Virus record (IMG/VR): IMGVR_UViG_3300032212_000064
Location: 1-39,060 of that record
DNA length: 39,060 bases
From: a virus
Taxonomy: Duplodnaviria > Caudoviricetes
Reading direction: 5' to 3' (one strand)
The translations under genes were made by a program, and so were the position numbers. This document shows, in pieces, positions 1-9,166 of the stretch (positions are counted from its first letter, which is position 1; each line of letters opens with the position of its first letter). The notes beneath the pieces are model-generated. The model saw nothing but the letters and a program-made list of their open reading frames with translations, searched no databases and was not told where the DNA came from.

Positions 1-127
1 GCCCGCGGTCCGTGTGGCTCGTGCGCGCTGTGCCGACGACTGGCACCGGGACCGTGACCGGCGGCGCGGTTTCGTGGTCGTGGAGCGGCGGCACGCTGAC
101 GGTCGCTTCCGTGTCCGACCTGGACGC
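1..127. repeat. Terminal direct repeat (left copy), identical to 38934-39060; circular contig overlap
   Basis: gcccgcggtc...cctggacgc matches the last 127 bases exactly; 127 is a common assembler k-mer; an ORF reads through the junction. Confidence 0.95.
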
Positions 128-174
128 GTCGACGACGTACGCGGTGACCCTTGGAACGATGACGGAGCGCGCGA

Positions 175-1089
175 ATGACTGACCCGAACTGGCTCGACGA
201 AGAGGGACGGTTCGACCCGAACCTGCGCGACGACGGCCATGTGACCGACTTCGACGAGACGTCAGCCGACATCCCGATCTGGGGATGGCTGAGCGGCGCC
301 GGTGCGCGTCGTGACGCGGCTCTGAACCGACGCGACCAGCGCCGAGCCGAAGACGTGTGGTCAAACCTGGCTGGCACGTCGCCGACGGTCGACGACCTCT
401 CGACCGACTACCGGCACGAGGTACGGCACGACGAGTACGGTGACCTCCTCGGCGAGCGCTCGCACTTCGACGAAGCTACCGAGGCCAACGCCGGGCAGCT
501 CCGGGCGCTCGAGCAGCTTCAGGCGCTCAGCGACGGCGGCTACACGGACGCCGACCGCGCAGCGATGCGACAGAGCCGGCTGGACAACGCGCAGGCCGTC
601 GGCTCGCAGAGCCTCGCGGCCGCTCAGCAGATGCAGGCGCGCGGCATGGGCGGCGGTGGCGCCGAGCTCGCGGCGCGCATGGGTGGCGGGCAGGCGTTGG
701 CCAACGCGAACGCGCGCAGCGACGCGTCGATGATGGCGAGCACGCAACAGCGGGCGCTTCAGGCGTTGCAGGCGTCGGGGCAGCTGTCTGGGCAGATCTA
801 CGGCCAAGACATGAACCGCCGGAGCGCGCTCGACGACTACAACCAGCGGCAGATGGACTGGCGGCGGCAGCGGCAGGAGCGCAACAACGCCTGGCACAAC
901 CGCGGCCGAGAGTCGACGTCGCAGGCGAATCAGACCGCGTACGAAAACCGCGAACGTCAGGCCGCCGGCGCGACTGGGCAATACCAGGCAGGGCAGAGCA
1001 ACCGCCGCCTCGACGCGCAGCGCCAGGACCAGGCGGACGCGAACGCCACCGGCATCATCGGATCCGTTTTGGACAAGGCGCTAGGATGA
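175..1089 (+). CDS. Putative internal virion/DNA ejection protein (304 aa)
   Basis: Ala/Gln/Arg-rich helical sequence with ARGMGGGGAELAA; follows nozzle genes on the circle, the usual position of podovirus ejection proteins. Confidence 0.6.
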   Translation: MTDPNWLDEEGRFDPNLRDDGHVTDFDETSADIPIWGWLSGAGARRDAALNRRDQRRAEDVWSNLAGTSPTVDDLSTDYRHEVRHDEYGDLLGERSHFDEATEANAGQLRALEQLQALSDGGYTDADRAAMRQSRLDNAQAVGSQSLAAAQQMQARGMGGGGAELAARMGGGQALANANARSDASMMASTQQRALQALQASGQLSGQIYGQDMNRRSALDDYNQRQMDWRRQRQERNNAWHNRGRESTSQANQTAYENRERQAAGATGQYQAGQSNRRLDAQRQDQADANATGIIGSVLDKALG

Positions 1090-3080
1090 CCATTCAGCTT
1101 GAACCCGTGCAGATGCCCGGCGCTCGCGGCCTCGACGAGACCGAAGAGGAGCGACGCGCGCGCGAGGCAGCCGAAGCTGCTGCGGCTCAGGTGTCGGCGC
1201 AGATTGAGCCGATCGTGCCGCCGCCCGCGGTGCCGCCGCCGGAGCTCGGGCCGAACCCTGCGGCGCCCCCCGGGGCCGCCGAGGCGCAGGCCGTGGGTGA
1301 CCGCTACCGTGCGAACGCCGACCGCGGGCTTGCGGCCACCGAGCGCACGCACCCGGTGCGTGACCGTGCGACCTCGCGGACCATGCCCGACGCGCACATC
1401 TTGCGCTTCGACGACCCTTCGCAGCCTGCCGCGGCTGCATCCCCTCCCACATCCCAGCCGCGGCGGGCTGCACCTTCCGCGGGCCGTCAGCTCGGCTCAC
1501 CCGTCGACCCCTACCCCGAAGAGACCGCCGCAGTCGGCGGCACGTGGGTGGAGGACCGCAACGGCGGCCACTACGTGCCGCCAGCCGGCGAATCGGCGAG
1601 CGAATCCCGCCCGCTGGCGCCCCGCGACCGACTGCGGGCGCGACTTGAGGCCAAGCACGGTGCCGGCAAGGCCGCCAGCGCCCCTCAGAGGCAGCCCGTC
1701 GACCATACCGGCGCAGACGTCGCCGACGCGTTCCGGCGGCCTCTGCACGGCCTTGCGGCCGGCCTGATGCGTGCTGCGGGCATGCGGCCTGGTGAGTTTC
1801 GCTCGATGGGCGACCAGAGCCGGCAGCGCGAGCGACAGAGCATCGAGCAGGACACGGCGCAGCGGCAGCAGGCGTCACGCCAGCGGCTCGCCGAGATGCG
1901 CGAGCAGCGCGCGGGCGCGACCCTCGAGTCACAGCAGGCCGACCGCGTGGCGCGTCGCGAGGACGCAGCGGCACGCACGCAGTCGCTGGCGGACTACCGG
2001 CAGCAGATGGCGCGCATTCGGCAGGCAGTGGCCGACGGGCAGATCAGTCGCAGTCAGGCAGCGGCCGGCGCGATCCAGCTTCGCACGCAGCACGAGCAGG
2101 AGCAGCGCGACCCGAACAGCGAGGCCAGCGCGAGCGCGCGCAACGCGTACACGCAGTGGCGGAACGGCTTGCCCGAGCGGCTGCGAAGCTCGCTCGGCAT
2201 GTCCGACGTCAGCGAGATGACCGCCGAGCAGATCCAGCGCATGGAGGCCGAGCACGTGCGCGCCATCGGCACTCGGCGCGACGTTGGCCGGCGACGCAGC
2301 GGTGGCGGCGGTGGCAGTGCAGCTGCGCAGGGCGTACCTCGCGGCCAGTGGGGAACCAACGCAGATCCGCTGCTTCAGGAAATGCTTCAGAGCGGAGTGC
2401 CGCGAGCCGCCGCCGAGGCGACCGCGCGAAACAGCGCCGAGCGCGCACGTGTAGCCCGAAGCATGGCGACGTCTGCCGTAACAGCGGGGCGACGCGACGA
2501 GGATCAGGTCAACAGCGACGTGCAGCGGCTCGGTCGTAGCCTGGACGACGGCCGCGCGTTCCGGCGCTCGACGACGCGCGCCGCTGAGATGGTGGCGAAC
2601 GCATCGAACGCGCAGCTTCGTGCTGCGTTCCTGGACGGGCTCGCGGCCGATGCCATGCCGCCTGACGTGCAGCGGATCGCGTCGGCAGTGAACGCGATGC
2701 AGGCACAGTTGCTGATGGACCGAAGCGGCTCGGCGGTCAGCGAACAGGAGTTCGATCGGACACGCCGCGAGCTTGGCTCGATGCCCACGCGCGATCCGTC
2801 AGTCATCCGGCAATGGGTGGCGCGCGCCGCCACTGAGGCCGGAACGATGGAGTCGCGAATCCGAGCTCGCTTCGATGACCCGGTCGTAGAGGCGTACCGC
2901 CGCCGACTTGCGCGCGAAGGCATCGGCGGCAGCGGCGGCGAACGTAGCCAGCAAGGGCAGCGACAGCAGGCCCCCGCAGCGAACCGCGTGCGCGTTCGAC
3001 TCCCGAACGGGACCACCGGCACGGTGCCACGCGCATCGGTGAGCCGGCTGCCCGAAGGGACGGAGGTTCTCGATGGATGA
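1086..3080 (+). CDS. Putative internal virion/ejection protein (664 aa)
   Basis: Low-complexity/coiled-coil; RSGSAVSEQEFDR motif; ATGA overlap with upstream gene; synteny. Confidence 0.6.
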   Translation: MTIQLEPVQMPGARGLDETEEERRAREAAEAAAAQVSAQIEPIVPPPAVPPPELGPNPAAPPGAAEAQAVGDRYRANADRGLAATERTHPVRDRATSRTMPDAHILRFDDPSQPAAAASPPTSQPRRAAPSAGRQLGSPVDPYPEETAAVGGTWVEDRNGGHYVPPAGESASESRPLAPRDRLRARLEAKHGAGKAASAPQRQPVDHTGADVADAFRRPLHGLAAGLMRAAGMRPGEFRSMGDQSRQRERQSIEQDTAQRQQASRQRLAEMREQRAGATLESQQADRVARREDAAARTQSLADYRQQMARIRQAVADGQISRSQAAAGAIQLRTQHEQEQRDPNSEASASARNAYTQWRNGLPERLRSSLGMSDVSEMTAEQIQRMEAEHVRAIGTRRDVGRRRSGGGGGSAAAQGVPRGQWGTNADPLLQEMLQSGVPRAAAEATARNSAERARVARSMATSAVTAGRRDEDQVNSDVQRLGRSLDDGRAFRRSTTRAAEMVANASNAQLRAAFLDGLAADAMPPDVQRIASAVNAMQAQLLMDRSGSAVSEQEFDRTRRELGSMPTRDPSVIRQWVARAATEAGTMESRIRARFDDPVVEAYRRRLAREGIGGSGGERSQQGQRQQAPAANRVRVRLPNGTTGTVPRASVSRLPEGTEVLDG

Positions 3081-5088
3081 CGAAGAACTGGCCGCGCTTG
3101 GCTTCGAAGCGGACGACGGCCTCGGCTTCGAAGAGGACCCGTCCGAGGTGCCGCAGAACTACGCGCCGACGGGTGCGCGCGTGCTCGAGCTCCCGGAGAC
3201 GACCGTCGAGGGCACGCCGGAGGGCACCGGTTCGGTCACGATGGCCGATCGACCCGCGACCGAGTACCAGATTGTCGACAAGCAGTGGGAGACGGACCCC
3301 AGTGCGTCGATGGAAGCAGCCGGCGTGACGCCGCAGCCGCCCGGTGCTGACCGCGACACGCGCGGCGCTGGCGAACGGCTCTATGAATACCTGCGCCGTG
3401 GCCGTTCACCGGTCCAGGCTGACCCGACAGCGTATGTCGAGGGCGACCCGCTGGCGATGGGCGAGGTTGGCGACCTCGACCTGTTCAACCCGCTCGGCTC
3501 GCTCGTTGGGCAGGGACGCAGCCAGTTCGCCGGCCGCGAGCTCCCTTCGCTGCCGTCGGTTCGCCGGGCCATCGCCACGGACGGCGACATGAGCGACCGC
3601 CTATCTGCGCTGCTCCCGGCGGCTGAGACAGACGAGCCGATCATCGGTCCCGACGTGCGCGCGCTCGCGCCGCTGACGGGGGCAACGGCCCCAGTGCGGT
3701 GGGCAAGCAACGCGCTCGCTCGGGCAACGGGCAGCGAGCGCCTGGCAGACCAGGATACTGCGCTCGCAGATCTCGCCACCGAGCAGGCGCCTAACGAGGT
3801 CGCGATGGGCGAAGGGTTGACGATCGGTGGCCTGACGGCGCCGATTTCCGCACCGACCGCACTGGGCCGCGCCGCGGTCGCTGGGCTGACCGGCGCTGCT
3901 ACGGGCGGCATGCGCAGCCTTTCGCGGGGAGACGACCTCGAGGACGTGGCCATCGCAGCAGGTGTCGAAGGCGCGCTAGCGGGCGGCATGAGCGGCGCGG
4001 CTGACCTTGTGTCGTCGGTGGGCGCGCCGATGCTCGCCAACGTCGCCGAGCGCGCACAGTCGCCTGTTCTGCGCGACGTGTGGAACCAGGCCGGGCTCGA
4101 GGCACGCGGTATCTACGGCAACCGCGCCATGCAGCGCGCGCAGGAACTGCCCGGCGGCATCGAGCAGGTGGCGCGAAACCTCGACAACCTCGACGTGCCG
4201 CTAGATCCCCGCCGAGCTGCGCGCCGACTGTCGCAGTTGCAGGCCGAGTCAGGGCCGCGCGTTGGCGAGATCGCCGATCAGATCGCCGAGCGTGGCGGTC
4301 GGGTCGACATGGGGCGCCTATCAGAGCAGGCCGAGCAGCTTGCCGCTGGCGTCGAGAACAGGTCAGGTATGCGCCCGGCTGCCGACTACATCAGGACGCA
4401 CGTGCGTGACCAATGGGCTCGTCAGGCTGCCCAAGCGCCCGACGGCGTGCCGTTCGTCGAGCACGTGTCGGACCCGGTCGGGGGCTCGCAGATCGGCGGC
4501 GCGTGGGGGGAGGACATCAGCATTCGGGAGCTCGGTGGCGACGCTTCAGCCCAAGGGCTTGGGCGTGTTCGCGGCAGGCTCGGCGCGGCGCGGCGCATGC
4601 TGTCCAACGAGCTCGGAAACACCGCAGACAGCGTCGGACTCGGTGCGGACTGGCGCGATGCCCGGCGCTCTCACGCGATCCTGATGGATCTCGACGAGAT
4701 CAGCGGCGGCGACTACCGACGCAACGTGCAAGGCGGCATCGGGGGCGCAAACAGCCGGAGCTCCGGTCTCGGGCGGATGGTTCAGGGGCTGACGAACGCA
4801 GCGCCAGGTGATGTCGTTGCCGGCGCTGGTGAGGCAGTGGTCGCGCCGTTTGTCCAGCAGGAGGCGCGCTTTCGACTGCCCGGCATGCAGTACCGCGCAA
4901 TCGAGCGCGTGATCCGCAGCGGGCCGCAGTTTGAGCGAGCAGCTCGCGCCCTGCAGGGCGCCCGCATGCGCGGCGGCGCCGCAATCGCGGCGGCACACGC
5001 GCTGCTGATGCGAAGCGACCCCATCTACAGGCAGGCCATCGAGGCGGCCGAAAGCGAAGCGCCCGCGGGCGAGGAGAACAGCCAATGA
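3073..5088 (+). CDS. Putative internal virion/ejection protein (671 aa)
   Basis: Acidic N-terminus, Gly/Ala-rich hydrophobic middle region; third gene of the cluster. Confidence 0.55.
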   Translation: MDDEELAALGFEADDGLGFEEDPSEVPQNYAPTGARVLELPETTVEGTPEGTGSVTMADRPATEYQIVDKQWETDPSASMEAAGVTPQPPGADRDTRGAGERLYEYLRRGRSPVQADPTAYVEGDPLAMGEVGDLDLFNPLGSLVGQGRSQFAGRELPSLPSVRRAIATDGDMSDRLSALLPAAETDEPIIGPDVRALAPLTGATAPVRWASNALARATGSERLADQDTALADLATEQAPNEVAMGEGLTIGGLTAPISAPTALGRAAVAGLTGAATGGMRSLSRGDDLEDVAIAAGVEGALAGGMSGAADLVSSVGAPMLANVAERAQSPVLRDVWNQAGLEARGIYGNRAMQRAQELPGGIEQVARNLDNLDVPLDPRRAARRLSQLQAESGPRVGEIADQIAERGGRVDMGRLSEQAEQLAAGVENRSGMRPAADYIRTHVRDQWARQAAQAPDGVPFVEHVSDPVGGSQIGGAWGEDISIRELGGDASAQGLGRVRGRLGAARRMLSNELGNTADSVGLGADWRDARRSHAILMDLDEISGGDYRRNVQGGIGGANSRSSGLGRMVQGLTNAAPGDVVAGAGEAVVAPFVQQEARFRLPGMQYRAIERVIRSGPQFERAARALQGARMRGGAAIAAAHALLMRSDPIYRQAIEAAESEAPAGEENSQ

Positions 5089-5444
5089 ACGAGCAGTCAG
5101 CCAACCACGTGATGCCCGCGCTCGAGGGGCAGATCACCGTGACCAGCATCACCGCCGGCAGTGCTGCGGCAGCCATCGAGATCGCGACCATCACGAGCTC
5201 GCGCTACGTGACGATCAGCATCGACGACGGCGCGGGTACCGCCGTGGGCGCGTACATTACGACGGCCCGTGGGGCAGCGCCGACTGCGCCGAGCCCGACC
5301 GCGACGAGCGGCGACGGCCGGACGCAGTACTACAGCGCCGCTGACATGCGCGCGCTGGTGTTCACGCCTGGCGACCAGATTCGCGTGTACGCCATCGGCA
5401 GCGGCACCCACTACGTGCGGCAGAGCCCGTCAGGGCCCGCCTGA
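5085..5444 (+). CDS. Hypothetical small beta-rich virion protein (119 aa)
   Basis: Coupled to both neighbours; Thr/Ala/Ile-rich beta pattern. Confidence 0.5.
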   Translation: MNEQSANHVMPALEGQITVTSITAGSAAAAIEIATITSSRYVTISIDDGAGTAVGAYITTARGAAPTAPSPTATSGDGRTQYYSAADMRALVFTPGDQIRVYAIGSGTHYVRQSPSGPA

Positions 5445-6244
5445 TGTCCACCGGACGCAGGTTCGGCGGCGCTGGCCTGCGTCGCGGCATTCGCACGCCT
5501 CCCCCGAGTGCCGGTGGCGACGGCCTGCCCTCGCTTGCCTACGACTGGCAGGCGGGCGCGGGCGTGGCAGACGACGGCGCCGGACCGCCGCCCGGCGTGG
5601 ACACGTGGACAGATCAGGTCGCGTCGCTCGCGCTGGCTGACGTGTCAGGCAAGCCGAACCTGATCACATCGGACTCCGACTTTGGCGGGGAGGCGTCCAT
5701 CGACTTTGGCGTTGGCACCGCCATCCTGCGAGATAGCGCGGCGAGCGCGTCCTTCACGTTTCTGCACTCAGGCGCGGGCATGACGGCTCTCTTCGATCTT
5801 TTCGTCGAGACGACGGAGTCAGGCGGCGGAATCATCATGGAGACGAACAACACCAGCGCCACGGCGCTCGGTGTGATGATCCGATACGAATCGGGCGGCG
5901 GGATCCGGCTGCTCGTGGGCAACGGCTCGGCGAACGTCGTCGACATCACAACCGGCGCGGTGAGTAAGGGTGCGCGGCACCGCGTGATGGTGCGATTCGC
6001 TTCGACCGTGTTTGACAGCGACGGTGACTCTCGCATCGCTGACATCTGGGTTGATGGCACTCGCGGCGCGTCGCAGGCAGCGGTGAGCAATGCCGCCGCG
6101 GGCGGTACGCCGGCCGATAAACTCGCGATCGGAAACCGCTCAACCAGCACGAATATCCAGCTCGACGGCAAGTTTCGGCGCGTCTCGCTCGCGTCGTCGA
6201 TCATCACCGCGGACGAGTGGGATGCGTGGAGGGCGGTCTCATGA
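5444..6244 (+). CDS. LamG/concanavalin A-like domain protein, candidate receptor-binding protein (266 aa)
   Basis: VDTWTDQ...KPNL...ASIDF N-terminus and HRVMVRF...IWVDG...LAIGNR...LDGKF pattern typical of LamG-like folds. Confidence 0.6.
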   Translation: MSTGRRFGGAGLRRGIRTPPPSAGGDGLPSLAYDWQAGAGVADDGAGPPPGVDTWTDQVASLALADVSGKPNLITSDSDFGGEASIDFGVGTAILRDSAASASFTFLHSGAGMTALFDLFVETTESGGGIIMETNNTSATALGVMIRYESGGGIRLLVGNGSANVVDITTGAVSKGARHRVMVRFASTVFDSDGDSRIADIWVDGTRGASQAAVSNAAAGGTPADKLAIGNRSTSTNIQLDGKFRRVSLASSIITADEWDAWRAVS

Positions 6245-7374
6245 CCCGCGCGCTACTGCTCACGGTGATGCTCCTGCGCGCGTGCGTACCGACGGCTGAG
6301 GCGCAGTCCGGGCCGTGGACGCCGCACGTACTCTCGCACCCGTACCGCGGTGCCGACGGGATCGACCTGTACGACGTCGACGGGGACGGGCACCAGGACC
6401 TAGCGGTCGCGTGGGAGGCCGGGCGTCAGCTGACCGTCACGCGCGGCGGGCAGCCGTGGCATCCACTCGGCGCGGGCACGATTGCGATCGACTGGGCTGG
6501 CGGCTCGCGCGCCTACGAGGACGTCAGGATCGACGACTGGGACGGAGACCAACTGCCCGACTATGCCGGCGCGGCAGAGGGCACAGGGCTTGGCGTTCAT
6601 GTGTTTCTGTCGTCGCTCGGCTACGCGTACACGCGGGCGAAGAACAGCATCAATCACCACTGGCAGACCGTCACGAGCTGCGACATCACTGGCAACGGCC
6701 AGCCTGACTTGCTCGCGGCAGGCGCGGGCGTGCTGTGGTGGTGGCAAGCGCGCAACGCATCGGCGGGTGCCTGGTCGCAGCGGCAGATCGCAACGCCAGG
6801 ACGGGCCCTCTACATCGGCTGCGACGACATCGACGCAGACGGTGACCTTGACGTGCTCTGGACGGACCGCCTCGGCTCGGGGTTGACGTGGGCCGAGAAC
6901 GAGCCCGGCGGCACGTGGCCGCAGACCGTCATCGCGGGCGGCGGGGCGAGTAACATCGCATGCGCCGGTGACGTCGACTCAGACGGCGACACGGACTACG
7001 TGGTGCCCCGCGAGGACGGCACGCTCGCATGGTACGAGCGCGGCGCGGCGTGGCTGGGACACCCGATCGCGGTGCCGTGGCTGACTGGCTCGACGACCAT
7101 CGCCAAAGGCTGCGCGGTGGCCGATGTCGATGCGGACGGCGCGCCCGATCTACTCGTGACGCTCTGGGACCCTGACCCGCTCGTGACGCCGGGCCGCGTG
7201 CGGCTGCTTCGGACGTGGCAAGCGTGGGAGACGATCGACGCGACGGTGCTCAAGACAGACGAGCCCGTGGTGGTCGACGCCAACGGGGACGGCTTGCTTG
7301 ACGTGTGCGTGACCGACGAGGGCGTCAGTAACAGCGGCCCGGGTGGCGGGTTGATCTGTCTGGCGGCGCCGTGA
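6241..7374 (+). CDS. FG-GAP/VCBS-repeat beta-propeller protein with predicted signal peptide (377 aa)
   Basis: Seven DxDxDGxxD-type repeats (DVDGDGHQD, DWDGDQLPD, DITGNGQPD, DIDADGDLD, DVDSDGDTD, DVDADGAPD, DANGDGLLD); N-terminus MTRALLLTVMLLRACVPTAEA|Q; ATG 6241 overlaps upstream stop. Confidence 0.8.
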   Translation: MTRALLLTVMLLRACVPTAEAQSGPWTPHVLSHPYRGADGIDLYDVDGDGHQDLAVAWEAGRQLTVTRGGQPWHPLGAGTIAIDWAGGSRAYEDVRIDDWDGDQLPDYAGAAEGTGLGVHVFLSSLGYAYTRAKNSINHHWQTVTSCDITGNGQPDLLAAGAGVLWWWQARNASAGAWSQRQIATPGRALYIGCDDIDADGDLDVLWTDRLGSGLTWAENEPGGTWPQTVIAGGGASNIACAGDVDSDGDTDYVVPREDGTLAWYERGAAWLGHPIAVPWLTGSTTIAKGCAVADVDADGAPDLLVTLWDPDPLVTPGRVRLLRTWQAWETIDATVLKTDEPVVVDANGDGLLDVCVTDEGVSNSGPGGGLICLAAP

Positions 7375-7895
7375 CTGACTGGGCGGCGATTCTGCCGGTC
7401 GTTGGCGCCTTCGCGGGCGCGGCATCGGTGCTCGCATACATCCGCTGGACGTGGCGACCGCGCATCGTCTACGGCGATGGCGACCGTGGATACGTGCACC
7501 GCGACTCGACGGGCCGCCCGCAAATCGAGGCCGACCTGCTGGCCGACACGATCGAGCGTCTGCCGATCGGCGTGTTCGTCACGACCGAGGACTATCGGTG
7601 CGTCTACCTCAACCCGGCGGCCGAGGCGGCGGTCGGATGGACGCGCAGCGAGCTGCAGAAGCACGGCGATTACCGCACGCTGATCGACTCCCACGACCTC
7701 AAGCGAGCGGAAGAGACGGTTCGGAAGAACACAGCCAGAAACCTCATGATCCTCGGCCATGAGAACCGGTGGGTTGCGCGTGATGGCACCCGTCGACACC
7801 TCGTATGGAGCGCGTCCACATTCGACCGACGCGGGTACTCGCGTTGCACCGTTCAGCTGCTCGCCATCGAGCCACACGACCCGGATGACGCGTGA
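7371..7895 (+). CDS. Single-TM stand-alone PAS/PAC domain protein (174 aa)
   Basis: N-terminal hydrophobic helix, then LLADTIERLPIGVFVTTEDYRCVYLNPAAEAAVGWTRSEL...LIDSHDL...ENRWVARDGTRRHLVWSAS, a PAS plus PAC signature. Confidence 0.8.
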   Translation: MTDWAAILPVVGAFAGAASVLAYIRWTWRPRIVYGDGDRGYVHRDSTGRPQIEADLLADTIERLPIGVFVTTEDYRCVYLNPAAEAAVGWTRSELQKHGDYRTLIDSHDLKRAEETVRKNTARNLMILGHENRWVARDGTRRHLVWSASTFDRRGYSRCTVQLLAIEPHDPDDA

Positions 7896-8356
7896 CGGGC
7901 ACAGCGGAGATCGTTGCGGCAGTCGCGGGCTCGACCGCGCTCGGCGGCGCTGTGACCGCGCTTGGCCGGTGGGCCCTGCAGCGCGCGCGGGGGCAGGAGT
8001 CCGAGGCCGTGCGCTTGTGGGCGAAATGGGAGGCCGAGGTGTTGAAGCGCGAGGCGCTCGAGGCCGACCTTCAGTCCGCACGTATGGAACTGATCGAAGT
8101 GCATCGGCTCATCGTCGAGAGCACGGCGACGGTCCACGAGGCGACCGCCGAACACAAGGTGGAACTGGCTGGGCTGCAGCGTCGGCTCGCCGCGTCCGAG
8201 GCAGAGCACGCTGGCTGCGATGAAGCGTTGGCCAAGGTGCGCGCGGAACTGTCTGCGATTCGGCAGAACGTGCGCCGCGTCGACAAAGAGCAGAGGCGAG
8301 CTCGCCGTGATTCGGAACCGGAACTGATGCGCGCCAAGAGGGAGAGCGAACAATGA
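7892..8356 (+). CDS. N-terminal TM plus coiled-coil protein (holin- or spanin-like lysis accessory)
   Basis: Hydrophobic N-terminus followed by long heptad-like helix; GTGA-coupled to PAS gene. Confidence 0.5.
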   Translation: MTGTAEIVAAVAGSTALGGAVTALGRWALQRARGQESEAVRLWAKWEAEVLKREALEADLQSARMELIEVHRLIVESTATVHEATAEHKVELAGLQRRLAASEAEHAGCDEALAKVRAELSAIRQNVRRVDKEQRRARRDSEPELMRAKRESEQ

Positions 8357-8961
8357 AGATGGGCAAATGGTACGCCGCGGCTGCTGTCGTAGGTGTAGGG
8401 CTGGCGGGCATCGCCGTCGTGATGACGTGGGGCCCGCCGGAGTCGCGTGCGTGGCTGCGTGACGCTGGCGTGTGGGTTGCGGCTGCGCTCGCGCCCATCC
8501 TGACGGCGCTGCTGACGCGTGACGCTGACGGCGACGGCAAGCCGGATTGGATGGCGTGGATCTTCGGCCTGCTCGGCGTCGGCGCGCTGTGCCTTTCGGT
8601 GGCCGGCTGCGGCGCGGCAGCAGAGCAACACCGCACGCTGACGGTCATCACCGACGTTGCCGATCCGACGTATGCGGCCGCCGTCGAAGGCTGCGACGCG
8701 GCGCGCGACTTCATCATCGCACGCGAGGGGACGACGTATGCCGAGGACCGCGCCGATATGGATCAGATCCACGCGGTTTGCGATTCCATCGTCGAGGGCT
8801 TCGAGCTGCTGCGCGGCTCGCAGATCACGGCACGCGCGGCCATCGACGGCGGGCTCGAGGCGGCTGCGCAGGCGGCCATCGTCGAAGCGCTGGCGGCATG
8901 GGGCCGTCTGCAGGGGTTGGTGCCGCAGATCATGCGGCTCACGAGCGGTGGGGAGTCCTGA
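8353..8961 (+). CDS. Multi-TM holin-like protein with internal lipobox and helical C-terminal domain (202 aa)
   Basis: Three hydrophobic segments, DADGDGKPD loop, third segment ends in VAG-C. Confidence 0.5.
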   Translation: MKMGKWYAAAAVVGVGLAGIAVVMTWGPPESRAWLRDAGVWVAAALAPILTALLTRDADGDGKPDWMAWIFGLLGVGALCLSVAGCGAAAEQHRTLTVITDVADPTYAAAVEGCDAARDFIIAREGTTYAEDRADMDQIHAVCDSIVEGFELLRGSQITARAAIDGGLEAAAQAAIVEALAAWGRLQGLVPQIMRLTSGGES

Positions 8962-8962
8962 G

Positions 8963-9166
8963 ATGGAAGCGATCCAAATTGTCGAAGCGGTCGGCCGGCT
9001 GGCTGGCCCAGTGGCGCAGCTCATCGGTGGGCTCGTCGATGCGGGCATGAGCGCGGCGGACGCGGAAGAGCTCGTGCGGCGCGACATCGCCAGCCTGCGT
9101 GCCGAGTACCTGCGGCAGCGTGCCGAGGACGACGCGGCGCTCGAGGCGAAGCACGGGCGCGACTGA
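8963..9166 (+). CDS. Hypothetical amphipathic protein (67 aa)
   Basis: ATG 8963 after GGGAG; fills the gap exactly; MEAIQIVEAVGRLAGPVAQLIGGL. Confidence 0.55.
   Translation: MEAIQIVEAVGRLAGPVAQLIGGLVDAGMSAADAEELVRRDIASLRAEYLRQRAEDDAALEAKHGRD

Noticed and set aside
1-127. Biological terminal repeat of the virion DNA
   Set aside because: Length equals a common assembly k-mer and it falls mid-gene; best read as circular overlap
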